Shown: positions 30,622 to 40,591 of the stretch, piece by piece
Numbering within the stretch: the stretch's first letter is position 1
How the letters are laid out: each line of letters opens with the position of its first letter
From: Cyanobacteria bacterium auto_48_18
Lineage (GTDB): Bacteria; Cyanobacteriota; Vampirovibrionia; Obscuribacterales; Obscuribacteraceae
Reading direction: 5' to 3'
Assembly (NCBI GenBank): GCA_036170915.1
Contig: JAVHQC010000010.1
Location: forward strand, 96,001 to 160,000
DNA length: 64,000 nucleotides
Made by a program: the position numbers and the translations under genes
The notes under the pieces: generated by a model
The model's input: the letters and a program-made list of their open reading frames with translations, nothing else
What the model was told of the DNA's origin: nothing
Databases searched by the model: none

Positions 30622-30738
30622 GAACCCAATTATATGTACCCATTTAAGGTGTCAGACCGAACAGATATCAAATTAAAATGACCTTGTCCGAAAACGGCGA
30701 TCGAATCTGTCTCATCAGAGCTAACATGCTCTTATGGG

Positions 30739-32190
30739 GTGGGGAAAAAATTGCAAACAGATGCGACGACTTATTATGAGGCTCTGCGTACTCGCGACAA
30801 GCGTTTCGACGGCATCTTCTTTGTGGCTGTGCAAAGCACGCGTATCTACTGCCGCCCGGTCTGCAAAGCTCAAACGCCGCTCTTTAAAAATTGCCAGTTT
30901 CATCGCAGCGCAGCTTCTGCCGAAAAAGCCGGCTACAGGCCATGTCTACGCTGCCGCCCCGAACTGGCACCAGGCAATGCGGCGGTTGATGCTGCCAGTC
31001 GCCTGGCCAATCTGGCAATGACACGCATTGAAGATGGTGCTCTTTCTTCTGGCGGCGTAGATGAACTGGCTGCAGCAATGGGCATCAGCAGTAGGCACTT
31101 GCGACGAGTGGTAGAAGCAGAATACGGAGTTACACCCATCGAATTGGCCCAAACACAAAAACTATTAACCGCAAAAAGATTATTGACTGACACCAACTTG
31201 CCACTGAGTAACGTCGCGCTAGCAAGCGGATTTTCTAGTGTGCGCCGCTTTAACGCGCTATTTTTCGAGCGCTATCGCATGAATCCGACTGAGATACGCA
31301 AAACCGGCGTAGCCAAAGTTGCGTCAGATAGTTTTGTTTGTGAACTGGCTTTCCGTGAACCTTATGACTGGTCTTCAATTTTAAAATTCCTCAAGGTCAG
31401 GGCATGCAGTGGAGTAGAATTTGTAGACGAAACAAAATATATGCGCACAGTTTCACACGCTGGTCATGCTGGCTGGCTGTCAGTCGAGCGCAGTAAAAGT
31501 AAAGACGCACTAACGGTGACAGTTTCCAATTCACTGGCACCAGTATTGCTGCATGTAATTACTCGCTTGAAGCGTCTATTTGATTTGCAATCAGTACCAG
31601 AAATTGTCGACAACCATTTGGGGAAACTGGCGGTAAACCATCCCGGCCTGCGCGTGCCTGGTGCCTTCGACGGCGCAGAGGTAGCGGTGCGCGCCGTTCT
31701 TGGCCAGCAGGTAAGTGTCAAAGGCGCGTCACTTTTAGCGGGAAGATTGGCGAAATTATTAGGCAAACCGATAGTGACACCATTTGAACAATTGCATCTA
31801 TTAACACCCACAGTCAGCGAATTGGCCAACGCGCAGTTAGCTGATATTGCTGCACTGGGTATTATAAAAGCGCGAGCTGCCACCATTATTAGTCTGGCCA
31901 AGGCAATGGAACTTGACGGACTATCATTAGAACCTGGAGCCGAAATTAATCGCACAAAAATGCAACTGAAAAACATTGCCGGCATCGGCGACTGGACCGC
32001 CGAATATATTTCCATGCGCTGCCTGGGCTGGCCTGATGCATTTCCATACTCTGATCTTGGTATTAAAAAAGTGCTTGGTCTTAAAAGTGATAAAGCAATT
32101 ATCGAGACTGCCGAGCAATGGCGACCATGGCGTTCATATGCAGCAATGCATTTATGGAAATCACTTGAGAGCGACACGAAAGTAAAATGA
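30739..32190 (+). CDS. alkA: Ada-AlkA fusion (Ada Zn domain, AraC HTH, 3-methyladenine DNA glycosylase II)
   Basis: YCRPVC, RPCLRCRP, SSRHLRR, SGFSSVRRFN, GQQVSV, GIGDWTA, PDAFPYSD, WRPWRSYA. Confidence 0.93.
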   Translation: MGKKLQTDATTYYEALRTRDKRFDGIFFVAVQSTRIYCRPVCKAQTPLFKNCQFHRSAASAEKAGYRPCLRCRPELAPGNAAVDAASRLANLAMTRIEDGALSSGGVDELAAAMGISSRHLRRVVEAEYGVTPIELAQTQKLLTAKRLLTDTNLPLSNVALASGFSSVRRFNALFFERYRMNPTEIRKTGVAKVASDSFVCELAFREPYDWSSILKFLKVRACSGVEFVDETKYMRTVSHAGHAGWLSVERSKSKDALTVTVSNSLAPVLLHVITRLKRLFDLQSVPEIVDNHLGKLAVNHPGLRVPGAFDGAEVAVRAVLGQQVSVKGASLLAGRLAKLLGKPIVTPFEQLHLLTPTVSELANAQLADIAALGIIKARAATIISLAKAMELDGLSLEPGAEINRTKMQLKNIAGIGDWTAEYISMRCLGWPDAFPYSDLGIKKVLGLKSDKAIIETAEQWRPWRSYAAMHLWKSLESDTKVK

Positions 32191-32708
32191 CTATTCTGGA
32201 GAAAGAAATGAACTACGTCTTTAAAACCATGATGTCACCCATAGGGGAGCTAACGCTAGTTGCCAGCGAAAGCGGCCTCGCGGCTGTATTGTGGCCTAAT
32301 GACAAGCCGGAGCGCGTGCCACTACCAGTGATGACAGAAGACAATCACAATCTGATTCTTTTAGAGACAGAGCGACAATTAAATGAATATTTCGCTGGTC
32401 AAAGAAAGGAATTTTCTTTACCACTTGATCCGGTGGGCACTGAATTTCAAAAAAGTGTCTGGAATGCGCTACTAACCATTCCCTTTGGCGAAACCAGAAG
32501 CTATGGAGAAATCGCCAGACAGTTAGGCAATGATAAAGCCATGCGCGCAGTTGGTGCAGCCAATGGTAAAAATCCAATTTCTATAATTGCGCCTTGCCAC
32601 CGGGTCATTGGCACAAATGGTGCGCTGACAGGTTTCGCTGGAGGGCTCGAAGCCAAGGCAATCTTGCTCGACTTAGAAAATAAAGGCGCAAAGCTATGTA
32701 GACGCTAG
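32187..32708 (+). CDS. ogt: Methylated-DNA--protein-cysteine methyltransferase
   Basis: GTEFQKSVW, RAVGAANGKNP, PCHRV active site; ATGA overlap with alkA. Confidence 0.96.
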   Translation: MTILEKEMNYVFKTMMSPIGELTLVASESGLAAVLWPNDKPERVPLPVMTEDNHNLILLETERQLNEYFAGQRKEFSLPLDPVGTEFQKSVWNALLTIPFGETRSYGEIARQLGNDKAMRAVGAANGKNPISIIAPCHRVIGTNGALTGFAGGLEAKAILLDLENKGAKLCRR

Positions 32709-32712
32709 CGAA

Positions 32713-33843
32713 CTAGCGCACTTGCACCGGAATCGGTAAAGCGTGCGAAATTCGGTAAGACTCTTTCTTCAAGTCACGTTCGAGTGGCTGACTGCGCCCT
32801 TCTGAATCGACGGCTCGACTCATCAATATACAGTCGCCAGGTGTGCCCGGAGTTTTCCATTGATAGTGCCAGAAAATCCAACCATGAGGATTCTCGGCGC
32901 CACCCAAATTGGCCTCATGCCAGACTTTGCCACCATCAACACTAACTTCTACTTTGGCAATGGTGCCACTGCCTGTCCATGCGGCACCATATATGAGGCA
33001 GGTGCTATTGGCCTCGACCACTGCGTGGGCGGCCGGCTGTGCAATTTGTGATTTCAACTCAATTTCGGTAATCGGCTGTCTCACGGGTAATCCGTTGCGA
33101 TCTTCCCAGAAAGCATAATCAATTTTTTGGAAATAGCCATCGTAGGGATAATCGGTGACAACAATGCGTTGCAACCATTTAACAGAAGCCATGCCATACC
33201 AGCCGGGAACGATCAATCGCAGCGGAAAACCATGAGCTTCAGATAGTGGTGCACCATTCATTTCATAAGCAAGCAAAATATTGCTATCGAGCGCTTTGCT
33301 TTTTGGTAGAGAGCGAGCGTAATGAATGGGCTCGCGCGGCCTGGGCTGTTCTTCAGGAATACCTTTATCTGCGCCTTCAAACACTACATCGATAGCATTC
33401 TCGGCAAGGCCCGCGCGCTCAAGTATTGTCGATAGAAGTACACCCTTCCACTCTGCATTGCCAACCGCACCAAGTCCCCATTGTGCACCAGCGACTTTAG
33501 GCACAAGAAAAACGCGACTGTTACCTGCACATTCCATAACTGCAGTGACAGTTTGAGTCGGCATAGAGAGCAATTCAGGGAAGGTCAGCTGAAGCGGTTT
33601 TTCAACTGCCCCTTCGATTGATAGACGCCACGACTGAACGTTGATTTCAGGCTGAGGAAAGTGATTGCGCACATAGAAAGCGTCAGTAGGAGTCAAGTCA
33701 GATGACAAAGTTTCAAATGGAAACTCTAAATTGACAGGATCAGACTGACGAACAATTTTGGCTGGAGCTTGAGCGTTGGTCACTTGAAGTCTCGTATTTT
33801 CGAACGGAAGAATGCCCAAGTTTAACACGGTCGGCGTTGCCAA
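32713..33843 (-). CDS. Sulfite oxidase family molybdoenzyme
   Basis: FYVRNH, MECAGN (Mo ligand), HGFPLRLIVPGWYGMASVKWL, C-terminal dimerisation domain. Confidence 0.93.
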   Translation of the reverse strand: MATPTVLNLGILPFENTRLQVTNAQAPAKIVRQSDPVNLEFPFETLSSDLTPTDAFYVRNHFPQPEINVQSWRLSIEGAVEKPLQLTFPELLSMPTQTVTAVMECAGNSRVFLVPKVAGAQWGLGAVGNAEWKGVLLSTILERAGLAENAIDVVFEGADKGIPEEQPRPREPIHYARSLPKSKALDSNILLAYEMNGAPLSEAHGFPLRLIVPGWYGMASVKWLQRIVVTDYPYDGYFQKIDYAFWEDRNGLPVRQPITEIELKSQIAQPAAHAVVEANSTCLIYGAAWTGSGTIAKVEVSVDGGKVWHEANLGGAENPHGWIFWHYQWKTPGTPGDCILMSRAVDSEGRSQPLERDLKKESYRISHALPIPVQVR

Positions 33844-33885
33844 GTTAATTGTTTTGAAAGCATAGAGTTGTTGTAAAATTCAACT

Positions 33886-34527
33886 ATGAACAATCAACAA
33901 ACCACAGAAACGCCCGACATAGAAAAGCACAAATGGGAAGAGAGCTATCAGGCCGACACCGCTCCTACTTGGGATACAAAACTACCTGCACCGGAGCTTG
34001 AGCAATATTTTGCGGGCTTAGACAAAAGCATGCTGCCAAAGAATGTTTTGGAAGTTGGTTGCGGCACCGGGACAAATGCAATCTGGCTGGCCAAGCAGGG
34101 CTGCAAAGTCACTGCCACAGAAATTGCACCCACTGCTTTAGATAAAGCAAAGGCAGCAGCTGGGTCTGATCAAGTGGAATTTCATTTGTTAGACATTTGC
34201 GAATCTAGCCCGGTGAGCGATGGCAGCCAAGATTTTGTTTTCGACCGCGGCGTTTATCACGTGATCGCTCGAGCAGAACGCAGTCTTTTCATCAAACGCA
34301 TTGCATCAGCGCTTAAACCGGGCGGGTTTTGGCTCAGTATAGTGGGTTGTAAGGACGAATTTCGTGAGAATCCGGAGAACGGCCCACCGCAGCTTTCTGC
34401 CTCTGACCTGGTCACACAAATGGAACCGTTATTTGAAATCTTCGAATTGGGGCGGGCCTATTTCATTTTACCTCATGGCACAAAACATCTAGCCTGGAAA
34501 GCGCTTTATCGGAAACGTGCTCTGTAA
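33886..34527 (+). CDS. Class I SAM methyltransferase, TPMT/thiol-halide methyltransferase-like
   Basis: WEESY..PTWD, VLEVGCGTG, FVFDRGVYH, ALKPGG, GPP. Confidence 0.85.
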   Translation: MNNQQTTETPDIEKHKWEESYQADTAPTWDTKLPAPELEQYFAGLDKSMLPKNVLEVGCGTGTNAIWLAKQGCKVTATEIAPTALDKAKAAAGSDQVEFHLLDICESSPVSDGSQDFVFDRGVYHVIARAERSLFIKRIASALKPGGFWLSIVGCKDEFRENPENGPPQLSASDLVTQMEPLFEIFELGRAYFILPHGTKHLAWKALYRKRAL

Positions 34528-34545
34528 AGTTGCAAAAGAGCCCTT

Positions 34546-35511
34546 ATGAAATCAGATCAAACCTCTGCCAATAAACCGGCGAAGCTAAATCAAAAAGTTC
34601 TTGAACGTCTTATCGAAAGAGCCAAAGAAACGCACACAGACGCCATGCTTCTCAGTCAGAATGGCACCGAGATTGGTGCCTGGTATTTTGGCAAAGAACC
34701 GCAGCGCATCGAAACTATGTCGATGACAAAATCAATAGTATCACTCGCTGTCGCACAATTAATCACAGACAAACTTATCGAGTCGATAGATCTTCCTATC
34801 TGGTCGGCTTTCCCCGAGTGGCGTCAGGGCAACAAAGAGAAGATAACGATCAGACATATTCTCAATCATACTTCAGGGCTCCAAGATGAACCGACTACCG
34901 AACACATTTATCGCAGCCCGGATTTTCTTAAGTTGGCGTTAGCAGCCGAGTTAACTGCTGCTCCTGGAGAATTGTGGTTTTACAGCAACAAAGCCTGCAA
35001 CATTCTGCCGGGCATCGTGAAGGAAATAACCGGAAAGCAGATTGACGAATACTTACGCACCACACTATTTACCGCGCTAGAGATTGACGATTTTTATTGG
35101 GCGCGAGACTCAGTCGGCAATCCGCATGGATTCGCCGGCCTTGCCCTAAAAGCCGGTGATCTTGCAAAAATTGGCCAGCTGATGCTGCAGCAGGGAAAAT
35201 GGAACGGCGCACAAATCTTAGATAAAAGATTCATCAAAGAAGCTATTGAACCTTCGCAAAAACATTCAAAAAACATGGGATATCTATGGTGGATTGATTA
35301 TTTCGGCGAAACATTCTTCTCACCTAAACATGAGGAGAACACTAAGGCTAGCGGCTTTGCTGCACTGGGTTATCTGGGTCAAAATTTAATCGTGCGACCG
35401 AAGCAGAAATTGGTGGCAGTGCGACAAATTGACAGTAAAAGTTACAAAAGCGATGCCGACAATTTTTGGGATTTCGAAGAACTAGTAAATAACCTTTTCA
35501 TCGCAGACTAA
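34546..35511 (+). CDS. Serine hydrolase (beta-lactamase-related, NylB-like)
   Basis: SMTK (SxxK), IRHILNHTSG, YSN, GYLWW, GYLGQ. Confidence 0.9.
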   Translation: MKSDQTSANKPAKLNQKVLERLIERAKETHTDAMLLSQNGTEIGAWYFGKEPQRIETMSMTKSIVSLAVAQLITDKLIESIDLPIWSAFPEWRQGNKEKITIRHILNHTSGLQDEPTTEHIYRSPDFLKLALAAELTAAPGELWFYSNKACNILPGIVKEITGKQIDEYLRTTLFTALEIDDFYWARDSVGNPHGFAGLALKAGDLAKIGQLMLQQGKWNGAQILDKRFIKEAIEPSQKHSKNMGYLWWIDYFGETFFSPKHEENTKASGFAALGYLGQNLIVRPKQKLVAVRQIDSKSYKSDADNFWDFEELVNNLFIAD

Positions 35512-35524
35512 ACAAGGTAACAAA

Positions 35525-36214
35525 TTACTGCACAGCTGGCTTTCTTACACGAAGAGGATCGGTTAGTTCGATTCTCACAACATCACCTTCTCTCAGGTCA
35601 ATTTGCTGATTTCGCTTACTCAGTAAAACTGTACTGCCCCATTCCGCTCCGTAAGCGATAAGTTTACTTTTTGTCTCCTCATACTTTGCTAACGCTAACT
35701 GTTGTTTGCGAATCCAGGCTTTCGAAGGAGGCGACATCATACACATGCTTGTACCTAAAGGCGCTGACTGCCCCAATCCTGCAACAGCAATTTGCACCGT
35801 AGCCAGATCGCGACGCACATATAGCAATCCGCCCCTAGCTACAAGGGTGCCTGTGAATGGAACTTGGCCCTGACCAACCAAATCGATTGTCTCTAATTTG
35901 ATTCTAACTGCCTTGATGCCGTTTTTAGGGACAGCAGGGGGAATATATATCTTTCCAGTAATTAGAGTGTCAACGGGTAGAACCACGCTGCCGTCACACG
36001 TTGTTTCCTCCACAGTTTTAAATACTATTTGGGTACCATCAACGCAGTCGGCACTATTAAAATTGGATGTGAGCTTCACTGCCAGTTTACTTCCGGCTGG
36101 AACTTCAACAATTGGTGCCGGGGTGTATGCGCGCGCAGAGAAAGAAAGCGTCAGCACACAGAGAAAGGCTAAATTGATTGCTTTCAATGACTTTGCGAAA
36201 TTTGTAGAATTCAT
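35525..36214 (-). CDS. Exported hypothetical protein, TrbI/VirB10-like beta domain
   Basis: Signal peptide; VPAGSKLAVKL...GSVVLPVDTLITGKI...IDLREGDVVRIEL. Confidence 0.55.
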   Translation of the reverse strand: MNSTNFAKSLKAINLAFLCVLTLSFSARAYTPAPIVEVPAGSKLAVKLTSNFNSADCVDGTQIVFKTVEETTCDGSVVLPVDTLITGKIYIPPAVPKNGIKAVRIKLETIDLVGQGQVPFTGTLVARGGLLYVRRDLATVQIAVAGLGQSAPLGTSMCMMSPPSKAWIRKQQLALAKYEETKSKLIAYGAEWGSTVLLSKRNQQIDLREGDVVRIELTDPLRVRKPAVQ

Positions 36215-36224
36215 AAATAGAATT

Positions 36225-36992
36225 CTACTTCATCGTCCGTTTTTCGGCTTCCTCTAACTTTTCTTCCAATATTCTCGTCGCCATCTCGCCATTTTCAATG
36301 CCCCAGAAGCCATCGTGAACCCCGGGAGATTCCGGATCTAGACTTGAACGGAACATCACGTCTGTTCGAGTTTTAGAATAGGCTTTCGATTCTACGGGCC
36401 CAAAATGCTTGTTGCTGAACGTGACAATTTGCTTCACTCCATCATCAGTGAACGCAAGCGTGCGCTTTTCAGTGATGGCATATATGGTGTGCAATTCACG
36501 CTTATAGGTGAAATAAGGAATGGAAAGCAGACATGCTCCCACTGCCACAAAGGGAAGGCCCCAGAGCACCATGAACCATCCGAATATATTTTTCATCGAC
36601 GCAGCGCCACCAACTGCCAAGCTCGTCCAGAAGATGGAAAAGAGAGTCCAGATAATGGCAAAAGGAATAAACCAAATTTTGGCCATCCCCTCATGACCTG
36701 GCTCGGGTGACGCCACAAACAATATTTTTTCCTCTAGAGGCATTCTTGCAGCAGCGCGTTGATGCAGCGTTCGATCCAGCTCTAGAGTCGGAGCACCAGC
36801 TACCACGTGAACTGCAGGCTTCTCCAGGGCCGCAATGCCCCAGCCGGCAAACGGCGCTATGGTGACCACCGCAATTGTGATTAATATCGGTCCTAACGGC
36901 ACCCGCGCCACATAAGCATTATTGCTGCCGCTCGGGTCATGGCCGACGTAATGATGGTTTCCTCTATTGCTTTGCTTTCTTTGAATCTTCAT
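36225..36992 (-). CDS. Hypothetical membrane protein
   Basis: Three hydrophobic segments; IYAITEKR after the TMs suggests a bacterial PH-like tail. Confidence 0.7.
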   Translation of the reverse strand: MKIQRKQSNRGNHHYVGHDPSGSNNAYVARVPLGPILITIAVVTIAPFAGWGIAALEKPAVHVVAGAPTLELDRTLHQRAAARMPLEEKILFVASPEPGHEGMAKIWFIPFAIIWTLFSIFWTSLAVGGAASMKNIFGWFMVLWGLPFVAVGACLLSIPYFTYKRELHTIYAITEKRTLAFTDDGVKQIVTFSNKHFGPVESKAYSKTRTDVMFRSSLDPESPGVHDGFWGIENGEMATRILEEKLEEAEKRTMK

Positions 36993-37109
36993 TCTTTCTT
37001 TTCTTCTCTTTTTCTTCTTTAATACTTCTACATTGCCCCGGCACTAGTTAAGGAGGGGTAAAGAAAGTATTCTTCTATATCTGTAAGAAACACTAAATTT
37101 GGTAACCAG

Positions 37110-37832
37110 ATGGATGACTTAGACGACGACGAAGTACTAGAAGAGTTTATTCCGCCTTCACCACTACGAGTCGCTCGCCGGGCATTGACATTGACCGCCG
37201 TCATAGACCGCGGAAATTTGGAAAGAGCAGAGCTGTCCAAAGATGCAGCAGATGCTCAGCATCAAGACTTGATCGGATGGGCGAAAGAGGATCACGATCT
37301 CACTACTGAATTTGAAAAATCTGAGCTGGAATTTCTTGAGAGTGCGGTTGGTGCTCTCGACGAACAATCGATGATTAATGCATCATGGCGTATCGAAGGC
37401 TTAGCTATCTTGGCTTGGGCTCTTAATCTAGTTGAACTCCCTGTCTACGATCAGACCGTTAATAGCACGGTCATTATGACCAGCGTAATTCAAGCGGCGA
37501 AAACAATTCTGCAAAATCCAAAACTTCGCGATGCAGATGAAATCGGTAAAGTTAGCGAACAAATATTTTCACTAAGGTGGCGGCTCAGGGAGCCCAGAAA
37601 TGGTCAGGCCTTAGATTTTGCTCGTGTGGCCGAAGGTAACTGGTTTCTATCATCAGACATCTCATCTTTCAGACTGATTGACAGAGATATTGCCCTCGGC
37701 GACACTAGCGTTAGCCAGGCGCCGCCGGCTGTATTGCAATCAGCGGTGAGTTGCACGATGGAACGCGACCGGGCTATCAGATGGCTGTACGGTGCCCATG
37801 AAATATACTCTGAAGTCGACCTTTCGACCTGA
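37110..37832 (+). CDS. DUF4272-like protein
   Basis: VARRAL, SELEFL, SWRIEGLAILAWALNL, ERDRAIRWL, EVDLST. Confidence 0.75.
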   Translation: MDDLDDDEVLEEFIPPSPLRVARRALTLTAVIDRGNLERAELSKDAADAQHQDLIGWAKEDHDLTTEFEKSELEFLESAVGALDEQSMINASWRIEGLAILAWALNLVELPVYDQTVNSTVIMTSVIQAAKTILQNPKLRDADEIGKVSEQIFSLRWRLREPRNGQALDFARVAEGNWFLSSDISSFRLIDRDIALGDTSVSQAPPAVLQSAVSCTMERDRAIRWLYGAHEIYSEVDLST

Positions 37833-37836
37833 AGTT

Positions 37837-37865
37837 GCTTATCACAAACGCTGGGCTTATCACAA
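37837..37865 (+). repeat. 11-bp direct repeat with 18-bp period upstream of the glycosidase
   Basis: GCTTATCACAA at 37837 and 37855. Confidence 0.7.
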
Positions 37866-37897
37866 TCACCGGCCTCTCAAAGTGTTATCGTACTAAA

Positions 37898-39250
37898 ATG
37901 ACTTCATCCCACGCTCCAGATCTGCAAGCCATTACCACTCCCGGCCGCGAACAAGAATTGCTCAGCCACCTCAAGTGTCGAAGCTTCGATTATTTTCGCA
38001 ATGAGTGGAATGCAACCACTGGTCTAATTGCAGACAAAAATCAGCCCGGTGCACCCGCGAGCATTGCCGCCTTGGGAATGGGATTGACCGCATACATCAT
38101 TGGTATCGAGAGCGCCCTTCTATCGCGCTCAGAGGCCATCATGCGCACCCTCACGGCTTTGCGCTTTTTGCAATCCAGCCATCAAGGCACCGAATCTGAT
38201 GCCACCGGATACAAAGGCTTTTATTATCATTTTCTCGATATGCAAACAGGCAAGCGCGCCTGGCAATCCGAACTTTCCACCATCGATACAGCAATTCTTA
38301 TGGCCGGTATACTCGCGGCCCAAACTTACTTCACTGGCGATAACGAAGACGAGCGCGAAATTAGAAAACTTGCCGACTTTCTTTACCAACGTGTGGAATG
38401 GCCCTGGGCACTAAATAGGGCGGCGACTTTCTCACATGGATGGACTCCAGAAAAGAAATTTAAAAAGCATCGCTGGAATACCAATTACTCTGAGGCTCAT
38501 CTGCTGTACTTGCTTGCCCTTGGTTCACCGACGCACGCTGTCGATGCAAAAGGCTATCACGAGTGGACTGCCACATTTCAAACCATAAACATCTACGACA
38601 TAGAATGTTTGCATGCCGGGCCGCTCTTCATTCACCAGATGTCGCATTTGTGGATAGACTTTCGTGGCATTCAAGATCAGTTTAATAGAAAAGTCGGCTT
38701 CGATTATTTTGAAAACAGTAAACGTGCCACATACATTCAAAGACAATACGCAATAGAAAATCCAAAGAACTTTGCCCACTACGGAAAATATTGCTGGGGA
38801 CTAACCGCCAGCGATGGCCCCGGCCCTGCACGGCGTACCATCAAAGGCGTCAAGCGAGTCTTCTATAATTACATTGCTCGCGGAGTTCCTCACGGCCCCG
38901 ACGACGGCACAATTTCACCATGGGCAGTTTTGGCATCGTTACCATTTGCACCAGATACGGTGATTGAAACTGTGCGGCATATCATTGAAAATCTGGGCGA
39001 AAAAGGTTTATGTAAGTATGGATTTGACGCTAGTTATAATCTATCATTTCCACAAACCATCGATGGTTACAATGGCTGGATATCACCCTGGGTGTTTGGA
39101 ATAAACCAGGGGTCGACAATCATAATGATTGAGAACCACCAGTCAGAGTTGATCTGGAAGACCATGCGTCAATGCCCGTATCTGATTTCAGGTTTAAAAG
39201 CGGCCGGCTTTGAAGGTGAATGGCTGAATTTAAGCCACAGTCGCCGGTAA
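37898..39250 (+). CDS. Glucoamylase-family / GH144-like beta-1,2-glucanase
   Basis: GFYYHFLD, ELSTIDTA, GPLFIHQ, WGLTASDGP, DDGTISP, GINQG. Confidence 0.85.
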   Translation: MTSSHAPDLQAITTPGREQELLSHLKCRSFDYFRNEWNATTGLIADKNQPGAPASIAALGMGLTAYIIGIESALLSRSEAIMRTLTALRFLQSSHQGTESDATGYKGFYYHFLDMQTGKRAWQSELSTIDTAILMAGILAAQTYFTGDNEDEREIRKLADFLYQRVEWPWALNRAATFSHGWTPEKKFKKHRWNTNYSEAHLLYLLALGSPTHAVDAKGYHEWTATFQTINIYDIECLHAGPLFIHQMSHLWIDFRGIQDQFNRKVGFDYFENSKRATYIQRQYAIENPKNFAHYGKYCWGLTASDGPGPARRTIKGVKRVFYNYIARGVPHGPDDGTISPWAVLASLPFAPDTVIETVRHIIENLGEKGLCKYGFDASYNLSFPQTIDGYNGWISPWVFGINQGSTIIMIENHQSELIWKTMRQCPYLISGLKAAGFEGEWLNLSHSRR

Positions 39251-40591
39251 TGTAAAACAAAAGTGTGTGCGGTCGAGGTCGCGCTCCACCCATATTGTGC
39301 CACCATGATTGGTGATCATGCGCTGCACAATAGGTAGGCTCATTCCAGTACCTGACTCATCAGACCGGGCATTGACACGTACAAATGGCATGAAAATGTC
39401 TTTAAAATTCATGGTATCCACGCCAATACCTTTATCTGTCACAGTCAATAAATAGTCTTTGTCTTGTTTTAAGCAAGTAATCACTATTTCGGGTTTACTC
39501 CCCGACTTGCTAAATTTGATGGCATTGTCGATTAATGCAGCCCAAATAAATTGCATGTGCTTTCCGTTTACCAATAAGTACGGCAAATTATCCGGCTTAT
39601 CGATTGCAGCTTGCGACCTAGTGATTTGTTCATTTAAATCTATGATTGCTTCATCGAGCGAACGCATTAAACTAGTATTCTGCCGCTCGACTTCGGTGAT
39701 TGCATGGGTATAATTCCACAAATCGTCAATCATGCGCATTATCGATTCGCTGCCTTTCAAACACTTGTCGATAAATTCATCAGCATCTGAGCCTAAACGT
39801 TCTTTATAGCGCACTGCGAATAACTTTAGGTAGCTTGATACGATTTTTGCTGGCTCTTGAATTTGCTGCGAAACGTGCATAGTAATTGTGCGCAATTCTT
39901 CGTCTGTGCGAAGAAAATTTTGAGAAGCCGATTCCAACTCGCTTTTCAATTCTGTTTGACGAATTTTGTGCAATTCTTCAAGTTCATTGTTCAAGCGAAT
40001 AGCTTCTGCCTGGGAGGCTTCTAACTTCATTAAAGATGTGATGGTGTGATAAGCCGACGAAGCAAATTTGCCAAGACTGAGCATCAAACGCAAATCTTCA
40101 GTATCGAAAGAGTGCTCCAGGTCATGCGATAAGGCCCAAATAGTACCAACCGTTACCCCACCCGAATAAAAAGGCACCAGTAAGCACTCTTCAATAGTCG
40201 GTGTCATAGTATCGATGTATTCATAACGCCTTGAAGGTTGCCTGAAGAGCAGCGGCGCATTACTGTCAATCACGTCGCCACAAGGTCCAAAATTGCGGGG
40301 TGTACCAAATTGCTGATTTGGAGTCCACATCCCTGAGACAGCTGGCCAATGAAAAAACTGACCGTCGTCAGTCATCAAACTGACGCCGGCAGATTGAAAT
40401 CCAAGTACCTCAACAATGGCATCGGTTAGCCCCTGCAAAATTAAGCTCGGCTGGTCAGCCATCTGCTGAGCTAGCATACTCATCATTTGCGACTCAAGCT
40501 GATACTGAGGAGTTCGATCGGCTTTGGTAGCCAACTCGCTGGTAATTAGGACCTCATGGAGAGGTACGCATTGAGCTCTGATGTCCATCAA
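39230..40591 (-). CDS. GAF-domain sensor histidine kinase with degenerate H-box
   Basis: GAF (GPCG, EECLLVPF), coiled coil, VSQQIQEP in place of ASHDLQEP, LIDNAIKF, DKGIG, GTGMSL. Confidence 0.82.
   Translation of the reverse strand: MMDIRAQCVPLHEVLITSELATKADRTPQYQLESQMMSMLAQQMADQPSLILQGLTDAIVEVLGFQSAGVSLMTDDGQFFHWPAVSGMWTPNQQFGTPRNFGPCGDVIDSNAPLLFRQPSRRYEYIDTMTPTIEECLLVPFYSGGVTVGTIWALSHDLEHSFDTEDLRLMLSLGKFASSAYHTITSLMKLEASQAEAIRLNNELEELHKIRQTELKSELESASQNFLRTDEELRTITMHVSQQIQEPAKIVSSYLKLFAVRYKERLGSDADEFIDKCLKGSESIMRMIDDLWNYTHAITEVERQNTSLMRSLDEAIIDLNEQITRSQAAIDKPDNLPYLLVNGKHMQFIWAALIDNAIKFSKSGSKPEIVITCLKQDKDYLLTVTDKGIGVDTMNFKDIFMPFVRVNARSDESGTGMSLPIVQRMITNHGGTIWVERDLDRTHFCFTLPATVA

Noticed and set aside
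31464..32177. 237-aa antisense ORF within alkA
   Set aside because: Codon-register shadow of a well-conserved gene; S/A/R-rich with no motifs
26406..35511. Two SxxK proteins as true beta-lactamase resistance genes
   Set aside because: No signal peptides; motifs fit cytoplasmic esterase/amidase relatives better
36993..37021. Polypyrimidine tract upstream of 36225-36992
   Set aside because: Simply an A/G-rich leader on the minus strand; no regular repeat unit
37837..37865. TTATCACA as DnaA boxes / replication origin
   Set aside because: One base short of TTATCCACA, only two copies, and no AT-rich unwinding region or dnaA context
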